Notes under the pieces: model-generated
What the model was told of the DNA's origin: nothing
The model's database searches: none
Seen by the model: the letters and a program-made list of their open reading frames with translations, nothing else
Translations under genes and position numbers: made by a program
Shown: positions 58,151 to 64,000 of the stretch, in pieces
How positions within the stretch are numbered: position 1 is the first letter of the stretch
How the letters are laid out: every line of letters begins with the position of its first letter
Source: a virus
Strand: one strand, 5' to 3'
IMG/VR virus record: IMGVR_UViG_3300025872_003406
Coordinates: 17,584 to 81,583 of that record
Length of the DNA: 64,000 bases

Positions 58151-58738
58151 ATGAAATACTTTTTAGCAAAATTCCTGCGCTACGTGCCTCAGATCGATGG
58201 AGTAGAACATATCAGCGCCGTCGATAATTTCAACATCATCAAGGTGAGTACGGATCAGGCACTTGTTGAACTTCAGTCTCATCCAGATGAAATTCCATTG
58301 GTTGAAATTACTGAGATTGAAGCCACAGAGGCATTCAAGTTTTACGGAGAAACGCGCGGATACCGTAAGGTATATTCTGACTACGCCGGCCTTGAGCCCG
58401 ATGCAGATGAACTGGCCAAAGGTCAACGCAAGACAAAGGTCTATCTGGCTGACAGCTTAAAGCCTCATGTGATTTCTCTGATGAAAAAGGCGTTTAAGTT
58501 CCATGTCAACGAGGAAATGGAGCATCGCAAGCATCATGACCACGATTGCTATGATAAAGCTCAGCACGATAGTCTACTTGCTCAGGTGGATGGTTTTACC
58601 ACAATTGAGCAGATCGTAGATGCTCGTGAATCACTTCTGGGAATCGAGATGTGCAAAGATCGTGCATCAAAGTTAGGCAAGTGGGATCACGAGAAAGACA
58701 ATCGAATAGATCGAGTCAACTTCGGTATTCAGTTTTAG
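58151..58738 (+). CDS. Hypothetical protein with His-rich patch
   Basis: 195 aa containing HRKHHDHDC. Confidence 0.75.
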   Translation: MKYFLAKFLRYVPQIDGVEHISAVDNFNIIKVSTDQALVELQSHPDEIPLVEITEIEATEAFKFYGETRGYRKVYSDYAGLEPDADELAKGQRKTKVYLADSLKPHVISLMKKAFKFHVNEEMEHRKHHDHDCYDKAQHDSLLAQVDGFTTIEQIVDARESLLGIEMCKDRASKLGKWDHEKDNRIDRVNFGIQF

Positions 58739-58757
58739 AACCCGTATAAATTATATT

Positions 58758-59468
58758 ATGAATGAATCTGAAATTTTAGAATTTGTAAATCAGAATGAGA
58801 ACTCGCTAGGAATGTCGGACTTTCAGTCTCGATATTTCGTAGTCAACTCGCAGGTCACAAATTACCGCAGAGTACGTCAGGCTCTTGTAGAACTCGATAC
58901 TCGAATCGGTATGCTCAAGCAAATCCAGCGCGAGCGAAAGAAGAGAGTAATACAGAAAGAAATGCTTCTACGAGATATTGCGAATGAGCCAGATGATCTC
59001 AAGAAACAACTGCTTCAGGTAGATGTCGAGCAAGCCGATTGGGACATTCATATGTTCGATAAGAAAGAACGGATGTGCCAGAATGAGATGAACGGATTCA
59101 TTCAGATGATAAAGGATCTCGTTCCTGATATTGCTGAGCTCAAGAAATTTGCAGAGCATAATGAGTCAGAGGAGCGCACCTATTGGATCACTCGTCTGGC
59201 AAAGCAGGCAGCAATGGATCTGAATACCATTGGTCGAGTCAGCCAGGGTAATATGGATGCCATCCTAATGATGCCGCTACCGGACGTAAATGAAGCACTT
59301 GGCCTCGCCGTTAAGTACAATTTGGTACTCGGTAAAGGCATGGAAGCAATCGGTCAAGGCGTGATGGAAAAGGCAGGTCTGCTGAGTGATGGAATTAACT
59401 ACATTGATAATGTTGCAAACGAGCAGCTGAAGCTCGAGCAGAACAAGACCGCAGGTGAAACTCTTTAG
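58758..59468 (+). CDS. Coiled-coil hypothetical protein
   Basis: GMSDFQ..FVV, YRRVRQAL.EL and YWITRLAKQAAMDL...GR...GN motifs. Preceded by TATAAATT (58745-58752). Confidence 0.78.
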   Translation: MNESEILEFVNQNENSLGMSDFQSRYFVVNSQVTNYRRVRQALVELDTRIGMLKQIQRERKKRVIQKEMLLRDIANEPDDLKKQLLQVDVEQADWDIHMFDKKERMCQNEMNGFIQMIKDLVPDIAELKKFAEHNESEERTYWITRLAKQAAMDLNTIGRVSQGNMDAILMMPLPDVNEALGLAVKYNLVLGKGMEAIGQGVMEKAGLLSDGINYIDNVANEQLKLEQNKTAGETL

Positions 59469-61089
59469 TATACCGCTCAATCCTAAGCTCACAGAAAATC
59501 AGTTTCATTCGTTTGTTACGTTCTGTCAGGAGCATCGGGATTACATCTACGACATCTATTTTACCTGTCGCATTCCTCCGTTCAATCAGGATGCGATGGG
59601 CGATGTCTTTCTGAATCCAGAGGATCATCAGAGCGCAATCTACACTGCGCTGCAGATGCCAGCATTGACTGGAATTCCGATCTCTGCAACGTTCAATAAC
59701 ATATCGGTACGGCCAGATCAAAAGAACCTGCAGATCTGGATCGATAACTTTCAGGCACTATATGACTCGGGCGTTCGTTCCTGCACGTTGCCTCATACTC
59801 ATTGGCTGCTGACCGGTCAGATTCAGAAGCAGTTCCCTGAGCTGTTCATCAAGAATACGATCCTGCGTGCTGTGAAGGAACCACGAGATGTTGCTAAACT
59901 CGCAGAGGCCGGATTCCATTATGTCAATCTTGATCGAGCGCTGATGCGCGATGAGGAACGGTTGAAAGAGATCAAGCGAGTCAAGGACAAATACGGAATC
60001 AAACTTTCGCTGCTCGCAAATGAAGGATGCGTCGGTGGATGCCCAGTGATGGATGAACACTATCAGTTCAACAACACACGGACCGATGGACCGCAGTACT
60101 TCACTGACCCGATCAGCCGAGTGAGCTGTCAGCATTGGCACACGAAGGATTCCGCGATTCAGCTCAAGAATGCGAACTTCCCACCGTGGCGAGCAGACTG
60201 GCTACGCTTTCAAGAACTAGGCATCGATGTCATCAAGATGCACGGCCGCGAGAACAGTGATCGGCTAGAGGAGACGATGGATATCATTCGTCGCTTTGCT
60301 CGTGGCGAGGAGATCCTGTTTGATAATTTTAACGCCTATATCGCAGAGACGAACCTAGTGGACAAGCCGATCAATCTCTGGCGAGAGAAGATTCGCACCT
60401 GTAAGTTCGACTGCTGGGACTGCAACTACTGTGACAAGGTCTGGAAGTCAAAGGGCAACAATAATGACAGGTTAGTCGCCGCAGTATCTCAGGCTCTGAT
60501 TGATAGCGCAAATCAAAGCGTAGGCGAAACGCCCGATGGTCTGACATCGGACAAGATGAAAGCATTGCTTAACTCGTTGGCTGCAATATCTGCCACGTAT
60601 CTTGAGGTCGGTGTTCTCAATGGTGCAACGTTCTGCTCGGCGCTCAAAGGTAATACTTTACAAGCATTTGCAGTCGATCACTGGAAAGATCAGACAAAAG
60701 CTGCAAACGGAAAAGATGTTGTCGGATCCAAGCAACAGTTCATTCAGAACGTCCAGAAGTACAAGGGGCAAAATACCGTCGTGCTGTTTGACTGTCACTT
60801 TCTGCAGGTCGATAAGAAACAGCTGCCTCCGATCGACCTGTTCTTCTATGATGCGGATCACTCCGAGCAGGCAAACTATGCTGCGATCAGATACTTTGCG
60901 GATAGTTTGGCTAATAAAGCAATTCTGATCTTCGATGATGCGAACTGGGATGGTGTAGTTGCTGGTGCTCGTCGTGGGATTGCTGATTCGAAGCTCGAGA
61001 TACTCTACGATAAGATCATACTCAACGCGCAGGAGGACGACGCGATGTGGTGGAATGGATTCTACATCGCAGTCGTGAAGAAACAATGA
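59455..61089 (+). CDS. Peptidase U32-family-like (Fe-S) domain fused to a class I SAM-dependent methyltransferase
   Basis: N-terminal domain: NLDRAL, LLANEGCVGGCP...H, SC..W, KMHGRE (compare U32 KIEGR) and CKFDCWDCNYCD. C-terminal domain: YLEVGV..GATF, VDHW, DLFFYDADH and LIFDD.NW (Methyltransf_24-like). Confidence 0.75.
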   Translation: MKLFSIPLNPKLTENQFHSFVTFCQEHRDYIYDIYFTCRIPPFNQDAMGDVFLNPEDHQSAIYTALQMPALTGIPISATFNNISVRPDQKNLQIWIDNFQALYDSGVRSCTLPHTHWLLTGQIQKQFPELFIKNTILRAVKEPRDVAKLAEAGFHYVNLDRALMRDEERLKEIKRVKDKYGIKLSLLANEGCVGGCPVMDEHYQFNNTRTDGPQYFTDPISRVSCQHWHTKDSAIQLKNANFPPWRADWLRFQELGIDVIKMHGRENSDRLEETMDIIRRFARGEEILFDNFNAYIAETNLVDKPINLWREKIRTCKFDCWDCNYCDKVWKSKGNNNDRLVAAVSQALIDSANQSVGETPDGLTSDKMKALLNSLAAISATYLEVGVLNGATFCSALKGNTLQAFAVDHWKDQTKAANGKDVVGSKQQFIQNVQKYKGQNTVVLFDCHFLQVDKKQLPPIDLFFYDADHSEQANYAAIRYFADSLANKAILIFDDANWDGVVAGARRGIADSKLEILYDKIILNAQEDDAMWWNGFYIAVVKKQ

Positions 61090-62096
61090 TTGCAGGGCTT
61101 GAATATCTCTGGATGATCTTCTTCGTGATGATCGTCTCTGGCATTGCGAAGGAACACAATCTCTTCATGCCTCTGTACTCGTACATCAAGGATTCTTTCC
61201 AGAATAACCGCCTGGTCCTTTTCCTGACAAGTGCACTTGGAGGCATCCTGCCCATCGAAGGTAGAGTAACTGTGAGTGCCGGTGTCCTGGATACTCTGGC
61301 ATCCAAGAAATGTGTGTGCGGTAGACAGAAAATGGGAATCGTAGACTACCTATCGACTCATCACTATTATCTCTGGAGTCCACTTGAGAAGACCGTCATC
61401 TTGCCGATGGCCGCGATGGGACTGACCTATGGGGCATGGCTGGGAATCATATGGCCACTACTCTCGGTGACGTCATTGTTTATTGTACACTACGTGTTCT
61501 GGCGTGTAAATGAAGAAGATATTCAAATTGATTTCACTCCATTCAAGATGAGCGCGATCATGAGAAACGTCATGCCATTCTTCGTAGCGATTGGTACCTA
61601 TGCCTGGCTCGGTGGCGACAAACATATCTTTGCGATATTCGGAACTCTGGCACTATATTACGTATTCTTGACGCAGACCTGGGATCTGAAGAAACTGAGG
61701 TCGTACATCAAGTGGGATGTTCTGGTTACCGTGGCGGTCGTGATCGTGGCTGGAAACTACTTCAAGTCTCAGAGTAATCAGATCACAGAGATGATTCGTT
61801 CGCACGGGTCAAGCCTGGCGGTCGCGTCACTTCTGAGTTTTGTGGCCAGTTTTTTCATGGGATCCAGTGGAAAATTTATCGCCCTGGCAGTTCTGACATC
61901 CAGCATATTTGGCCCACAGTATTTTCTATGGTTCTTTGCGATTGACTATGCCGGTTATCTCTTGAGTCCGACACACAAATGCGTGGCGGTCGGTAATAAA
62001 TACTTCGGCACGCCTCTCAAGGATTATTACAAAGTTCTGGGAGTTTGGTGCCTATTATTGATTGCTACTGCTTCAGTATTCACATTCATGCTATGA
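61086..62096 (+). CDS. Multi-pass inner-membrane permease (ArsB/NhaD/CitM ion-transporter-like)
   Basis: 336 aa with about 9-11 hydrophobic segments. GGILPIEGR and GYLLSPTHKC hairpin-like motifs. ATGA-coupled to the upstream gene. Confidence 0.7.
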   Translation: MIAGLEYLWMIFFVMIVSGIAKEHNLFMPLYSYIKDSFQNNRLVLFLTSALGGILPIEGRVTVSAGVLDTLASKKCVCGRQKMGIVDYLSTHHYYLWSPLEKTVILPMAAMGLTYGAWLGIIWPLLSVTSLFIVHYVFWRVNEEDIQIDFTPFKMSAIMRNVMPFFVAIGTYAWLGGDKHIFAIFGTLALYYVFLTQTWDLKKLRSYIKWDVLVTVAVVIVAGNYFKSQSNQITEMIRSHGSSLAVASLLSFVASFFMGSSGKFIALAVLTSSIFGPQYFLWFFAIDYAGYLLSPTHKCVAVGNKYFGTPLKDYYKVLGVWCLLLIATASVFTFML

Positions 62097-62893
62097 AAAA
62101 ACTCACTACACTATTCTTCGTAATCTCTTCCATTGCACTTGCAGCGGATACTCAGGAACTTGAGGTCTTTCGAGTCACCGCGAAGTCCTATGCTCCATTC
62201 GAGTCTGTCGGCGAATACCAACAGCCGGCCTGGACGCTGACTCGTAAGTTTCCGTCCACTCGAGTCTACGTCATGACTCCGCCACGGGCAGTCATGTACG
62301 AGAAATGGTTTGATATCCGTGACAGGCAAGACGGTCCTGCCCAGATTCGTATGCGCGATGAGTTTGCGTTTGGCCTGGGAAATCGTCTGGAGCTTGACCT
62401 CTATGCTCATACGGTATATGATGGACCTGTCGGAAATCAGAGGTTCGGCTGGCGCGGATTCAGCTGGGAGGTCCGGTATGCACTCGCTGACTGGGGAAAG
62501 CTTTGGGGAAATCCGACTCTTTACTTTGAGCACAAACTGCTGAACGGAAGTCAGGGCATTGAACCAAAGCTTCTGCTCGGAGACCGAATTGCCGGTACTG
62601 ATTGGATCTGGGGTCTGAACGCCATCTATGAGGCAAACCTGAGCGGGCCCAAGGAATCAGAGTATGCTGCGACGTTTAGCATCTCAAAGATCATCACGAA
62701 GAATCTGACTCTGGGAATCAGTGCCATGTATCGGTACAATGACTATGACGGAGGGTTCTCTGAGCTGTATGCGGGCCCAAATATGCAGTACAGGTTCAAT
62801 GGGAACTCACACCTGAGCCTGGAAGTAATGCCCAGACTACTCAAGGATGGATACGACAGCCGTACGCTGTTGATCTTTGCCTGGAGATTTTAA
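62093..62893 (+). CDS. Secreted outer-membrane beta-barrel protein
   Basis: Signal peptide MKKLTTLFFVISSIALA, alternating amphipathic aromatic beta-strands and a C-terminal beta-signal LIFAWRF. ATGA-coupled. Confidence 0.72.
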   Translation: MKKLTTLFFVISSIALAADTQELEVFRVTAKSYAPFESVGEYQQPAWTLTRKFPSTRVYVMTPPRAVMYEKWFDIRDRQDGPAQIRMRDEFAFGLGNRLELDLYAHTVYDGPVGNQRFGWRGFSWEVRYALADWGKLWGNPTLYFEHKLLNGSQGIEPKLLLGDRIAGTDWIWGLNAIYEANLSGPKESEYAATFSISKIITKNLTLGISAMYRYNDYDGGFSELYAGPNMQYRFNGNSHLSLEVMPRLLKDGYDSRTLLIFAWRF

Positions 62894-62906
62894 TAAATAG
62901 ATACCT

Positions 62907-63317
62907 ATGGCACTCACATATACCTGGAAACTCACTTCCCTAAAGAAAAAGAATAGCGGATCACTCAACGGAGTGGTCTTTCAAACATATTGGCAGAAGA
63001 CTGGTACAGATGAAAATGGTCATACCGGTACATTTTCCGGAGCGACTCCATTTGATCCCGCCCAGATCGACACAAATAACTTTGTGGCATTCGATCAGCT
63101 CACAGAAGCTACGGTTCTCGGATGGATTCAATCCGTCGTGACTGGCGCATACGAAGAGCACGTCAATGAGCAGATTCAAAAGCAGATCGATGAAAAGAAC
63201 AACGCATCTGCAGATGTTATGGCTGGATCTTTCCCATGGGATCCTCCAGCTGCAGTCGTTCCGGATCCTGCTGTACCAGCGGTTCCTCCTACGACGACTC
63301 CGCCTCCAGCGGGTTAA
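62907..63317 (+). CDS. Hypothetical fibre-associated phage protein
   Basis: YTWK...W..TGTDENG...F..FDQLTE..VLGWI motifs and a Pro-rich tail. Preceded by TAATAAATAG. Confidence 0.75.
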   Translation: MALTYTWKLTSLKKKNSGSLNGVVFQTYWQKTGTDENGHTGTFSGATPFDPAQIDTNNFVAFDQLTEATVLGWIQSVVTGAYEEHVNEQIQKQIDEKNNASADVMAGSFPWDPPAAVVPDPAVPAVPPTTTPPPAG

Positions 63318-63339
63318 TCACCTCATAGCTATTTCTGTC

Positions 63340-63371
63340 ATGCTAGCCTGAGTAATCGGGCTAGCATTTTT
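63340..63371 (+). terminator. Intrinsic terminator
   Basis: ATGCTAGCCTGA-GTAA-TCGGGCTAGCAT followed by TTTT. Confidence 0.85.
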
Positions 63372-63375
63372 GCTG

Positions 63376-63383
63376 TATAAATA
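63376..63383 (+). promoter_or_regulatory. T4-type late promoter TATAAATA
   Basis: Exact consensus 7 nt before ATG 63391. Confidence 0.8.
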
Positions 63384-63390
63384 GATACCT

Positions 63391-63999
63391 ATGGCACTAC
63401 CTGTATCGCCTAACAGCATTTCGTTTAACAATATCAACCAGGAGCTTGGTAGGGCTTCTCCCTACAATCAGACGGTTGCATTGAACGATTCTGTGGTTCG
63501 AACCTTATTTCAGAGAACAACAGCCGGTAGCTCCGTCGCGATGAGCGATGGATGGGGTAAGAGTAATTTCAGCGCTCAACCATCTTCTGTAACTGTTGAT
63601 TATGTTGGCGCGTATAACGCTAGAGTAAATTGGTCAAACGGTTCTAATTATTATAGAACTAGAATATACTCTACTAGTAGCGGCGGTACCGCACTATATG
63701 ATTCTAGTTCTGCCATCTATTCGTCTACAGCTTTTACAAATTTGCAAAATCTAAGTCCTACTACAACATACACTCTTTATGTGTGTTATGTTAATTCCTC
63801 TGGCGCAGAAGGCCCAAGAACTGCCGCGGCATCAAGTATTACTACTAAGACTGTCAAGAACCTTGCATCTGGAGCAAACAGCGTTGTTTATTTTGGTACA
63901 AAAGCCTACTATAAATTTACTAGCTCCGGAAACTTTACAATTACTCAAAAGGATAATGCAAATTTATCATTCGCCTATGACTTAGTTGGAGGCGAATGA
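63391..63999 (+). CDS. Virion/adhesin-type protein with fibronectin type III-like domain
   Basis: ISFNNINQELG...MSDGWGKS N-terminus (gp38-type adhesin-like). FN3-like motifs VNWS...Y and NLSPTTTYTLYV...G.EG. Confidence 0.65.
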   Translation: MALPVSPNSISFNNINQELGRASPYNQTVALNDSVVRTLFQRTTAGSSVAMSDGWGKSNFSAQPSSVTVDYVGAYNARVNWSNGSNYYRTRIYSTSSGGTALYDSSSAIYSSTAFTNLQNLSPTTTYTLYVCYVNSSGAEGPRTAAASSITTKTVKNLASGANSVVYFGTKAYYKFTSSGNFTITQKDNANLSFAYDLVGGE

Positions 64000-64000
64000 T

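Noticed and set aside
59455-61089. Annotation as a collagenase/protease
   Set aside because: Characterised U32 members act in Fe-S-dependent hydroxylation, and the Cys motifs and methyltransferase fusion fit a modification enzyme better.

Overview
The window is a segment of a T4-like myovirus genome with a gene organisation resembling environmental, cyanophage-type T4-like phages. Nucleotides 1-4450 hold small accessory genes, including a signal-peptide lysozyme-like gene, a ~3 kb AT-rich block and a candidate structured RNA bounded by a 21-bp inverted repeat. Then come gp33, gp59 and gp32, a minus-strand block (probable tape measure, gp51-like, gp26, gp54, gp2, gp4) and the plus-strand baseplate operon (gp48, 53, hub, 5, 25, 6, 7, 8, DUF4815-type). 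About 27 kb of modular tail-fibre and LamG-lectin genes follow. The most unusual region is a tightly coupled cassette at 57057-62893, containing a U32-type Fe-S enzyme fused to a methyltransferase, an inner-membrane permease and an outer-membrane beta-barrel. Other highlights are a likely programmed -1 frameshift fusing gp26 to gp51 just upstream of the tape measure gene, a one-base frame break in a tail-fibre gene, and a CATAC-repeat leader before gene 32. All protein assignments come from motif recognition and synteny, not from database searches.
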